Part shown: positions 12,304 to 25,300 of the stretch, in pieces
How positions within the stretch are numbered: the first letter of the stretch is position 1
Layout of the letters: every line of letters starts with the position of its first letter
Made by a program: the position numbers and the translations under genes
NCBI RefSeq assembly: GCF_964355755.1
Contig: NC_092677.1
Location: 25,407,175 to 25,471,174 of the forward strand
DNA: 64,000 nucleotides
From: Antedon mediterranea
Taxonomy: Eukaryota; Animalia; Echinodermata
Reading direction: 5' to 3'
The notes under the pieces: generated by a model
Seen by the model: only the letters and a program-made list of their open reading frames with translations
What the model was told of the DNA's origin: nothing
The model's database searches: none

Positions 12304-14449
12304 ATATATAATTTGAAAAGAGTTTGTGAAAGAATATTATACAAATTCAGTAATAAAATGAACTGGGTGTACAGTATAAATATTGTTATATTGACTGAAA
12401 AATAAATAAATAAATAAATAGTGCATATACAATATAGTCAATTTACATAATAAAAGAGTCCTATGCACCGAATATTGATAATTATTACATAATTTAAAAT
12501 GTACGTAGATTATCTCATCGACTCATCATATATTAATGCAAAGTAATAATGAAAGAATTAAAGGGACTGTATATAGCTACGTAATGTAGTCACTTTAAAG
12601 GTGCAGTCTACTTAAAGGTGCATTTAATCATTTTCTCTCTACTTTAGTTGTCACTTAATGGCGAACACACCATTACATTAAAAACATAAAAATATTACGT
12701 AATTAATTATGTCTGACAACCTTTTATAATGCTAAATTATTTAACATTATTTCTATTCGTTATCATTTCATTATAATCTTTAGCTTGTAAGAATTCATCT
12801 CCCAATGTTATTCACAGGTAATTTATCTATGCGCATGCGTCATCGATGTCGTCATAAAAGCAGACAAGCAATTAATATTATGGTTAGCTTGAAAGGGATA
12901 ATGGATCTATAGAACAAATCGGCAAATCTCCTGTCTTCTCAACGCTGTTTTATGATAAAACATCGGGTTTTTAAGCTAATAATTTTGCTTACAAGTAATT
13001 TCTGTTTCAAAGATATTCACATTTTCCGAAATATCTGAAAGCTGTTCGTTGCTAAGGTGTAGTTACCACCACCAGCAAATGAGTTCTATGGCTACGCAAC
13101 ATCCGCAATAAGAAGCCGCTATTGTTATCATATTGTAAAGAAGCACTGATGAAACGGTTTAATTATGGTAAGTATAGCCTAGCATATTTGAATTTTATAG
13201 ATACTGCAACGCTATAGTAAAATAACTTTGGATAAAACTAAATGCGCCATAGACAAAATTTATTGGAGTATTTTTTTGTTTGTATAGTATAAGGTATAGT
13301 ATCGGTCAGTTTTGTGAAGTTAATAAATTTAAAAAAATAAAATAAAACAAATTCAGTTAAGTAGGTATGATGTTTGCACACCGAGAGACGCACCCCCTGG
13401 CGCATAACCCATGTGGTCCTTCGTCAGTATTCATCCAGATCCAGATAAGGTAATATAACGAGTATGTATACTAACGCATACACATTTTAACCATGATGAT
13501 ATTTATTATATTTATATATTTTTTATTCGATAGCTTAGTAAATTTATTTAAATTTTCCCAGTTCAATGTTTGTATGTTTTTTGTAATTGACGAATTGATT
13601 ATGAGAGATTTGGTAGAAATGATGATATGATCAGTACAACAAATACGGTAGACCTAGATGCTGAAAAGAATGAGATAGATGGAATGGTCAAGTCTATTTC
13701 GCGCCTAGCTTACCTGGATAAACCGACATTGGCCCATTCTCTCTCCGAGAAGAGAGCTACAACTCGAAAAGAAATGATAGGAGAGAACTAGGCTAATGGT
13801 AAGCTAGCACTCATAGACTAACGACACCACTTTTGGTTTGTGTAATATGACTTAGATGATGGACACTGTATGCGGGAAAGTATTCGCATAGGTTGAAGAA
13901 TAGGCCTACTAAATTAGGCCTATTATAAGTGAGATATGTCACTTAAATAATAAGTATTTCCCTTAACTCAATAATATTTAAGTATTTCCCTTCAATTATA
14001 TTCACTTAGATAGGAGATTTTTTTCTATTTAAAGGTGTTTCCCTTAGCCTAAGCAGGGAGTTATAACAACTCCCTGGCCTAAGTATGCATGATGAATACG
14101 GCCACAGTAGTACATTGAGTGTATGTTAATATATCATTAGTTTGCTAATAATTATTTTAAAGCAATTCAAATATTGGATCATGATTGTTTGTTCTCAGGA
14201 GTGAGTATTGTTACCAAAGTCACTTAAATCGATGTTGGCAAACTGATGTTGTACCGTCTCAGACGCCTACGCATCAAACCCATTTAAATATAATAATAAA
14301 CCAAAACACACACACATATTATATTCGTCATGAAAAGCCTAACGACAATTAACGAAAAAGCTGATTATCTTCAGGCAAACAGTCATGTTTGACAGTCAGA
14401 GTGTCGCCTTAAGTTTCGTCAATATGTCCTAAATTTATATCTGATCTAA

Positions 14450-14604
14450 AGCTCTGTCCACACTATCAAACTAGTTTGACAAAAAAAGTGTGATGTGTAA
14501 TTTGGTAGTGATAATGCCCAAATATGGTAGTGATATGACATCATCATGTCCATATATGGGCACATCACATTTTGTTGTCACAAGTTTGATAGTGTAGACA
14601 GAGC
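14450..14604. mobile_element. MITE family A full copy
   Basis: TIR AGCTCTGTCYACACTATCAAACT at both ends, flanked by TAA/TTA. Other copies or fragments near 1757, 9963, 14948, 15655, 23039, 25570, 26488, 27434, 36210, 42418, 50061, 53706, 54242. Confidence 0.85.
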
Positions 14605-15310
14605 TTTAAACCAGTAAAAACAAGCTGAGCTATAGCTTGGACTTCATCATTATTATTCAGTTAACGCCGCAATACTCTCAGGGACTAATACGCTTGCGGG
14701 ATTAGATATACATCTGCATAATTTCCACAGTTGATTTATGACTTTGCGATACGATATTCTTAAAATATACATATACAGCAGAAGATGTTGTGATTATGTA
14801 GATGCAGGATGAAGGATGTTTCACGAATATAAACCACATTATTACATCATGAATTTAAAAAAAATGATATTAACAAAATTAAACAAAAATCTTGATATTG
14901 TAGGTTAACTTTAGAATCATTATGCAGACTTATGACAAACGTCTTAAGCTCTGTCCACACTATCATGTGACATGTGATGTGCCCATATATGGACGTGATG
15001 ATGTCATATCACTACCATATTTAATAATAATAAGATTTATACAGCGCACATATCCACTAAAGTGCTCAAGGCACTACCATATTTGGGCACTTTTTTGTCG
15101 AATTAGTTTGATAGTGTAGACAGTGCTTTACGTTACTTCAATGAGGAATTATTTCAGAGCTAGATATCTGATGTTAATCTCTCTCCTTTGATTATTTCTT
15201 AATTTATGTTTATTTATTCTTGTATTTTTGTTTATATTCTTATTTCCTCAACTTATTAAACACAATTTTCATTCATGTTTTGAAGAATTTCGTTATTTAA
15301 CTTGACTTGA

Positions 15311-15527
15311 CTTCTCGGATAAGGACTATAAACCGTAGGTCCAGTATACACAACTAGCTCGTGTGCACTTTAAAAGAACCTAGTACATCTTTCGAGACGA
15401 GTTACCCCAGTGTATTAGTACATCACAGCCACTGATCACCAACTGGGCCCTCTGGGAGACCAGTCTTTGACTGAAGAAGTTACCCAGTATAAATATATAT
15501 TTCAATCAATCAATTCAATCAATCAAA
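15311..15527 (+). mobile_element. 5'-truncated copy of the Deu/Nin-type SINE
   Basis: Near-identical to 34587-34805; ends in a (TCAA)n tail. Confidence 0.8.
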
Positions 15528-16369
15528 CTTGACAATGCGGCGATTGCCAATTATTGACTTATGAAAAGCATCTTTTTTGCATGATGTGAATAATGAGATG
15601 ATCTTAATTGCAAAAAAAAAGCAAATACAAAGCCAATGCTAGTGACGGTGTGACAGATGTGTCCAAATATGGTAGTGATAGGCTTAAATATGGTAGTGAT
15701 ATGACATCATCATGTCCATATATGGGCATATCACATTTTGTTACATATTAAGTTGATGGTGTAGACAGAGCTTTAGATGGTAATGACGGTATTGAATACG
15801 GTATATGTAAAAACGGCATCTCACGAAGTCTAAGCTGATGATAATGTTGAATACGGTATCCACACGAAAAGATGATAATTAAGTCATGTAATTTTAGAAG
15901 TAACCATGGAAACATTTGAAGAAAGGTTAAATAATGAAAAGAAACATTGTGGAATTGTGATTGGTTAATCAACGTTCACATGGAAACCAGTGCGCGACAA
16001 TAATTGCTAATTATGAAAACCATCAGGGACTGTTTTGTATAGAAGAGCGAAATTCATTCTTTTGAAGGCACAATTTATACATAAAGTCTAGAAGAAATAA
16101 ATATTGTTTGTCTTATCGTAGTTATTACTATCGTCGTCGTCATTATTATCGTAATTAGTTATCCTTCTTAACATAATTCATTGTTATCAGCATGATTATC
16201 ATTGTCATCATCAAGATCATGACGTCATCCCCACCATCACATCAACGTCTGGACATATAGTTATTGTCGTGTTTGTTGCTATTCAACAAAATTGGTGTAT
16301 TATAAAGTTCCTGTTATAATGTGATTATCGTTATTTTATCATTTTAACTTATATTTTACGTTGTTTCAG

Positions 16370-19300
16370 ATGAGGCTAGGGCTTCTTACCATCACAGTGT
16401 GCCTTTTGCACCAGGTTGGCGCTACAGTGATAGTACAACTAACTGATTTATCAACAAACTACAATAGTGACTCTTCGGTAAGTAGACCTCAGTACGAGAA
16501 TCGTGTAACTCTTCATCATAATGAATCCTGTGTATCCAATACATTAAAGAGATTATCGTATTTATTACCCCCATCCTATTTTTTTTTTCAAAAAGAACTG
16601 GACATATTTGGCGTCAGAGCTGTTGAAGATTACGGACACTGAGTCACCGGTTCTGAGTACTGGAGAGGACCTAGGTTTGGCACTACGTTTGGTTGTCAAA
16701 CTAATGGACAGTGCTGTAACTACATTAGATACGGATAACCAAACGACGTTTATAAATGTACGTATAGGCCTATATCATATCATTACCTATAGTGACACCA
16801 CAAAGAGACACAGATTCGACGCGCGCGTACAAAAACCCGTTACACTATTATCAATATTGGAACGCGCGTACGCATAAACATTTTGTTTTTATTCCGTCAG
16901 CACCACCACATTATTCGTAACAATGCTTCTTGGTTTTAGTGATTTTTGGAAGATTTGATTTTATATAAAATCACTTCAGTAAAGTATGGCGGTCTTGTTT
17001 TTTGCCAAAAGTGACTACAAAGCGTGGTTCCCACTAGAACGCAACGCAGCGACGTATCGACGCAAAGTGATGTATTTCGTAATCACAAATGGGACCGACG
17101 ACGCAATAGTGCTGCATATCGTATAGGTTTGATTTCACGCAGGCGGGGGAAAACACAATGATTGGAACGGCATTTTATTACGTTGCGTAGATTGCGTTAC
17201 GTTGCGTCGCTAGTGGGAACCAAGCTTTACCGTTACCGCTCATCTGTGTAAATTGGCCTTAAAACTATGAAAATATAGAAAAAAAAGAATATAAAAAAAA
17301 AATATGAGAGAGGTTACATTGTATAACAATTATTAGAAATCAATAGATAACTACCGTATAGGTGGGTATAAATAGCAGCAAAAACAATAGGTTGGAGAGT
17401 TGGAAGTCCACCAAGCCGTGTCCGCACAACAAACGCGCATACCATTTTGTCAATAAATAGGGAGTTTTCGCAACCTTACGAATACGATAACGAAAACGGA
17501 TACGTCACGCACACGTATTCGTTTTTCGTAAGCCAATAAAAATCTGTTTCGCATGGCAACGAAATATTGAGGGCGCCGTCCAAAATATGACTGCAGTAAA
17601 TTTGAGCGAAGCGCAGGTACGTGTTGCCAAAGAATATATATCACAAGAATGAGTAATCCGCGATTTTCCCTGTAACAGTAATATTGTCCATGTGGTAGGG
17701 CGCCGCCATAAGTGTGGATGTATCTGGGATGTATACAACTTTTTGTGAAGGTTTCACTAATCAAAGGCTGGACCACCGGAGTATTTTCCGATGATAAAAA
17801 TGTTATCAACTACATGCCAACATCATGTTAAATACTATTTGGATATTTAATTGTTCGTTTTATGCAATTTATTTAGTAAAAACTGCCGTATAAACAGTTT
17901 GCTTTATCAACCGGGCGCTACGATAGCGTGACCGGGCGTGTTGGTGTTTACGCGTTTTCACGAAGGATAGTTTAATAATATTCCTATATTTAACTTGTTT
18001 CTGGTAAAACAAATAAATGTTAATGACATTTAACATTTTCTCCTATTAATAACATGTGTTTTATACTAATTTATATCATAAAAACAATACTTAATTTACC
18101 GGGCGTACAGTAGTACACGGCAATGGTAAAGAATATGCCGTGCTGAGTAATATTCGTTGATTTTTGGTGTTGCTGTGTTAGGCCTTTTTTGTGAACTAAC
18201 TTAGCATGTTAGTAAATAATTGTCTGTAAAAGTGAATAAACACTAGTTTGTTAATAAATATGTATTATAAAATAGTTTACAATTGCAAAAACTATCATCA
18301 TAATTCTATTTAATGCGACATGTATCATGTCTATTAAATCAAGTCTTATTTAGTATGTATACATCCGCCCTTATGAGGGCGGGCATCATTCACTGGAGCT
18401 CTCTGTTACAAGTTTCTCATGCAAAAATCGCGGAATACTCATTCTTGTGATATATATTCTTTGGTGTTGCTTAGTGCTTGGCTACCTAGGCCTAGCGTAA
18501 CATCAAAGCGAGTGAGGACTTTAAAACTGCTATTTATCAAAATTGACCTGGCATTTTAGTAAATTACTTTAGTAAATTACTTTCAATAAAAGTATAATTA
18601 TATTATAATCATGAATCATTCCCGATTCAAATGCAGAATGTGCAAAATAGATCAAAAACTATACTCGTTTTGTAGTTACGAATATGACTGGTGATATTCG
18701 TCAACACGAATACGCTTTACGAATATGAAATGGGATCAGCTCATAAGTTTCACAAATGTGTGACGTTTTCGTTATCGTATTCGTAAGGTTGCGAAAACTC
18801 CCTAATGACGTCATCTGACTGTACGAAATACCTTAACAGCTACATTCGATTTACAGCATTACTATACCTCTCATAAATATAATGTTAGTTTACGAGAGCT
18901 GTTATATATTCGATTGATTTTTACATATTTATTGATTTTTGTCGTGTGCTTGTGTCAAAATGCATGATTTATCCATTATAAGAAAATATACTATGAAGTA
19001 ACTGTAAGTAGTATATTTACATTAAGTGAATGGCGTTAAAGATAAAACAGGATAAACTTATTAAAGGTATACTTTTACCAAACCCTGTTGTCGAGGTCAA
19101 AATTGCACAACTTGCAGACGACACGGTCTTATTTATGAAAGATGAGAACAGCATAAAAAAGTGTATTGATGTTGTTATCAAATTTGGTAATGTGTCTGGG
19201 TTAAGACTTAACAAAGAAAAAACGAATGCCATGTGGCTTGGAAAATGGAAGAAAAAGGACAACATATTGGACATTAATTGGATTTCTGACGGTTTTAAAG

Positions 19301-22300
19301 TTTTAGGTGTTTATATTGGCCATGATAAAGAATTTTGTTTTGCCAAAAATTGGTCCGAAAAAATCTATTCGTTACAAAACACACTTAGATCGTGGAGAAA
19401 AAGAAATCTGACCATTTTTGGAAAAATAATTATCTTAAAGACGCTGGGCCTGTCAAAACTTGTTTATGTTGCAAGTATTATAGACACGCCTGAAAGTGTT
19501 CTAAAACGTGTTGATAACATAATTTTTGACTTTTTGTGGGATGGAAAAAGAGAAAAGGTTAAACGAGTAGTTCTTATAAACGAATATGAAAGTGGTGGTG
19601 TTAAAGCGCCTGATTTCAGGTCACAGGTTAAATCTTTAAAAATATCTTGGCTTAAAAGATTGTATAACAATGAGGATTCAAAGTGGAAATGTCTGCCAAA
19701 CACATATTTTAATAGAATAGGCCCAAAAGATATTATTGATAACATATCATATATTGATAAGAAAAATGCTATTTTTAAAGCCATACCCGATTTCTATAAA
19801 TCTATACTATGTATTTTAGTCAAACTTAATAGTGGTATGACTAAACGTCAATTATGTTATGATGATATATTGCATCAACAACTCTGGTATAACAAAATGA
19901 TTTTATACAATGACATGTCAATATTTTTTAGAAACTGGGTAAGGTCAGGTGTGCGAAATATTAAGGATATTGTAATTGAGAATAGGTTCATTAACGCAAA
20001 TGAATTACTAGATATGCTTAGGTATAAATCAAACTGGATTGCTGAATGGCAAATTGTATTAAACGCAATTCCAAAAGAATGGAAAGAGAAAATCTTTTTA
20101 AGGGATAAAAACCAAAAGCACTCAAAAACAACACACGTTCGATGTTTGAATATGAGTAGCAAACAAATATGTTCTTTCTTTATTAAGGAAAAATGTCTAG
20201 AACCATCCAAAAGTAAAACAAAATGGGAAACATATTTTAACATGGAGAACGATTGGTCTGTAACATGGAAAAGAAAAATTAAAGATATTAAAGATAATAA
20301 ACTTAAACAGTTGAACATCAAACTATTGCATTGTATAACACCTACCAAAAGAAGGCTGTTAAAATGGAAAATAAGCAACACAGATACTTGCCTACAATGC
20401 AACGTAGTAGAGGATGATGCCCATTTCTTTTATGAATGCACTGAAGTAAAACCCTTATGGGAATATATTAACGTTTACACCATGCACAAATTTGGGATCG
20501 AGGCAAATTATCGAAACATTGTACTAGGTACAGGAAACAAATATGTAGACCACATGTTCTCTATTGGATGCTTCAGCGTTTACAAGGCACATACTTTGAA
20601 AAATGTAAACAAATGGACCGGATCATTGTCTCGTCTTTTTATGGCGGAAAAAAACAAAAGATCTTACCTTAACCACCTATTATAATTTATATTGATGTGA
20701 ATCTGATTATTTAAAATATTACATAATAATGTTGTATAATACACATAGGCAGTTTCATTTTATCTTATATGAAATATAAATAAAAAAAAAAAAAATTGTA
20801 TAAATTAATATTGAAAACAAAAAAGAAACGTAACGCAACATAAGTAACGCACGAGAAGATAAGCAAACAAATATAACCATGAGACATAAAACTAGACACA
20901 GGAGTAAGAAAAGCATTTTTAATATTTTTGTTTTTGTTTTTTTTATTCGTATTTTAAAATAATGTATATAATCTGTATATAGGGTATAAATGAATTGTAT
21001 GTCAAAAATACTACCGAAAATAACTATACAACATTAGTAAATGTATCTCATACAGTACATTTATTAGTTAAGTGTTCACAATGTTAGATGTTGAGAATTA
21101 TAGAACAAAAAAAATACTAGAAAATTATGAAAAAAGTGGATAACAGAAAAGAAATAATGCTCTGATTCCAAGAACAGTAACGTTGATAAAATAAAAATAA
21201 AAATATATATATATATATAAATACACCAAACCAAACAAAAGTAAGAATAACAATGAATAGTTATTATTATTATTAGAAATAATTGTATTAATCTGTTGAT
21301 GAAATGAAATGAATAAATAGTGGTTAACGCCACAAAAGAGAAAAAAAAAAAAAAAAAAAAAGTGAATCGCGTGTGTTGTTATGTCACACGGTCATGCACC
21401 ATACCACATTTAAAATCAAATAAAATTACCGGACGTAACTTTTTTTTTTTAAACCATAGAAAAAAAAATCTCAAACTACCAAACGTAGGCCATTATAATA
21501 CCAAGACGTGTTTAAAAATACTAAATTTCCCTTGTATGCTCTATAATGCTTCTTGTAGCTCAATGCATGCAACGAGATAGGCTATAGGCCTATCTGTATT
21601 CAATTTGTTTACTGTGGTTGTCATCTTCTTCTTCTTTCCATATTTTTGTACTAAAGTCTACATTGTTTAGTTCTTTTGGTCTTCCTGGTGGTCTTTTTAC
21701 TTTTTTTTTTCCTCCATTGCTTGTGTAATTGTTGTATCGTCTAGTAGTCTAAATTTCAACCGTGGTTGCCATAGACATCCTAAAACTATAGTAAACTAAT
21801 TATCTTTATCTTTAAAGAAAAGTCCTTCAATTTATATTTACTACAACTTTACAATGATGGTTCCGAAACGTCGATCTTCTTGTTTTTTGTTATGCGTCAT
21901 TAAATTTTATTGTAAAGTAATTTCAAAAACAAATTAAAATCGTCACCGTAGTAACGTTTAAATTAATTATCTTTATAGTTTATGTGACATTATGATGTAT
22001 ATTTTTTCCATAGACAACATTCGAAATCGTGAATAATTTAGTTGATACTGTATATACGGACATATGGAGTGAATTTCAATCGGTAAGAGCGTGCAAAATG
22101 CTTGAAATAATTTATTTATTTTATTTTAATTTATTATTTTTACTAATATTAAGTCAAAGTCCGTCTGGAACTTAGTGGTTATAGAAGGCAAGCTGTATAT
22201 ATTTATTATTATTTGATTACATTTTTATCATTGATTCAACCTGTTAGTGGCGGTTTCATTGCTGTTAGTTGTGAACTGAATAAAATTAAGATAAATAAAA

Positions 22301-25300
22301 TATAATACTGTAGGCCTACATGTTTTTATCATAAATTATTTTTTTGTTTGTTGTCAGATCTCGATTGAAGAATGTAAATCGTTTTTACTAAGCGTTGATA
22401 CGTTTGGTCATAATATTAGTAAACTATTAAAGGCGTCGAATATCACCTTACCGAATCTGGACCTTAGAAACATAGGTAAACATATATTATTACTACATTT
22501 GAAAATGTCGTTTGTTGCTCAGTATTGTGACACTGTATTAAGAATAACAAATAGTTAATAGCAATAAAATAAAGATATAATATGGTGCATTATTATCGCT
22601 TTGTCCACTATTAGCCGATAGTGGTAATAATTGGACGCAATGAAAAATGATAAGCTCTGTCTACACTATCAAATTTTATGTGACAAAACAAGTGTGATGT
22701 ACCCAATTTGGTGAGAGTGATATACCCAAATATTGTAGTGATATGACATTATCATGTCCATATATAGGCACATCACATTTTTTTTGTCACATAAAGTTTG
22801 ATAGTGTGGACAGAGCTTTATACTACTATTTCGTGCCCTTTCATTTACAGAAGTAATATTTAAGCGGTTACCGTATGCAGAAGTCAACGATACGTTGACC
22901 TTTACAAATTTTGAATCTACGTTACGATTAAATGAAGATGCCATTTTTTCTAGTGAGTTTTTCTGCTAATTTTCATCATACCTCTTACAAGTTTCTTTAA
23001 CGTCATTATTATCGTCATCTTATCTATTCCCGGCGTTAAGTTCTGTCTACACTATCAGACTAGTGGGATGTGCTCAAATATGGTAGTGATATGACGTCAT
23101 CATGTCCATATATGGGCATATCACATAAAGTGTTATAGTGTAGACGGAGCTTTATAGTTAATCATAGTTTATCGCGAACGATTTACAACATCTTCATAAT
23201 CACATGAATTGATGATGAATAAAACACCGTTTCCATCACAATCACCGCCGTCATTCTAGTTTACCGAACGCGCGGCGATGCGGACGCACCATTATGCATA
23301 TTATCATGTATATTTTATAATCTATATTTCAGCTACTCAATACATAGGAATAACGGCAATTGGCTATAAATCACTCGATATCTTATTAACAACGTCATCA
23401 AAATTGTGAGTTAGATTTATTTTCAATCGATATTTTTTATGGACTGTCGTATTTGTTGAGCAAATTTAATATTACTAACTCATGACTGTGCTATTGATTG
23501 CTGCATACTGTAGGTAAATAATGATTGAATAAGTGTTACGCTAAAGCGTTTTTTTTACGCTAAAGCGTTGTTTTTTAGACTTAGAATTGTTTTGTATACC
23601 TTTTCCTGGCCAGCATTATCTTTGGGGTGCCTCTGTCTTGGTTGTTGTCTCTGAGCACCCGGTCGTCTGTGGCAAGGAAAAAGTGTATCCTGCTCCTTTG
23701 TTTGGTCACCTAGGTAGGGGTCCGGGACCGCGACAGAACGACAACAGATGGGGACCCTCCAAAGAAATTGCATTTTATTTTTCAGGAATTTGTATGATTT
23801 ATTTCTTTTTTATTTTTAAATGCGCCTTGAGCACTCTGGAGTGGTATGTGCGCTATAAAAATCTTATTGGTGGTCCACCACCAGTCGACGTTTCGATTTT
23901 TTGTCTGAAAATACAAGTAGTATACGTAGGCCTATGCAACGCCATATGTGCCAAAATATTTATCTTTTCACTAATATTAAGTCAAAACTCTGTCTGGAAC
24001 CCAGACAAGTGCATTACTTAATATCGGTAATAATATATGCTAAGTAGGTTTTAAATAAATGGATATATTATTAATCTTATAGGACCCGTTTCTATTGAGC
24101 AGAGACAATCCAATATCCGGAAAAACGGTATTTTCTTGCTAATAGAAATGCATCCTTTCAAACCCACATAACAAAAAATGATCTTAAATACAGTTTTAAA
24201 CATACGATATTCCTCTCTCGGCCTCAACTCCGGTTTTAAAAACGGTTTCCGTGGAGCAATTTGTAGCAGCAACACAATCTTAATCTTACAGACTAAAAAA
24301 CACAAATTACTCAAACCAATATGTAGCAAGTATGTTGGTTTCGTACTCGGTGTCGCCAGCATCGAATGTCACCTTTAACAACCTTATCCAGATACAACTG
24401 ACCGTTACAGAGAGCCACAGAAACTGGATGTGCGGGTTTGTAAGCGACGCTCAGAATGGAAGGTAAGAATCCATGAAATCATCAAGCTTAGCCTTGTAAA
24501 ATTATCCAAATTTGCCAGAAGGACAGCTTAGACAGCGTCGTATAATGTTCTCCCAAAGGCCTAAAAACTACGCCCGATGCGGGGGTCGTCTCGTCGTCAT
24601 TCAACTCAGACAGCACCGACGAGTCAAGACGTTTTGTCAGGCCTCGTCGTACGATGCTATCTGAGTTGGCCTTTAGGCCTATACTTCCACTTAGCAGGCA
24701 CAACATTTTCCACTGCATTCAGCTTATCTTAGACAAACTTACTGTGACGTACACGGTACATTGCTAGATTTTAACGATTTTTTAAACCAATTTATCATTC
24801 AATTCTTGGAACAGTTTGTGGAGCATAGACGGATGCAGTGCTTACGAGGAAGACTCCAAGATCAAGTGTTCTTGCAACCATCTTAGTACATTCGCAGTCT
24901 TGGTAAGAAATTAATCGTTTTTCTTGACATATATTGTACTGCGTCCTAAAGTGGACCCTAGTACTCCTTTCATACCAAAACACCGGGGCGTCTACTCCAG
25001 AGTTTCCCGTGAGTTTTCCTTTTGGTGTAAAAGGGGTATATATATAAATATATAGTACATACCTATTTGACGGGGTAAAAGGGGTATATATTATCTATAT
25101 ATATATAAATATATAGTACATACCTATTTGACGGTTGGTGAACTAAAGGCCAACCCGAGGCCAACTCAGACAGCATCGTACGACAAGGCCCTACAAAACG
25201 TCTTAACTCGTCGGTGCTGTCTGAGTTGAATCCCGACGAGACGAGTCGTCTTGCGATAGCGTCGGGCGTAGTTTTTAGGTCGTCGGGAAAATGTTAAACA

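Noticed and set aside
19464-20402. Antisense ORFs of 106 and 175 aa
   Set aside because: Shadow frames of the LINE ORF2.
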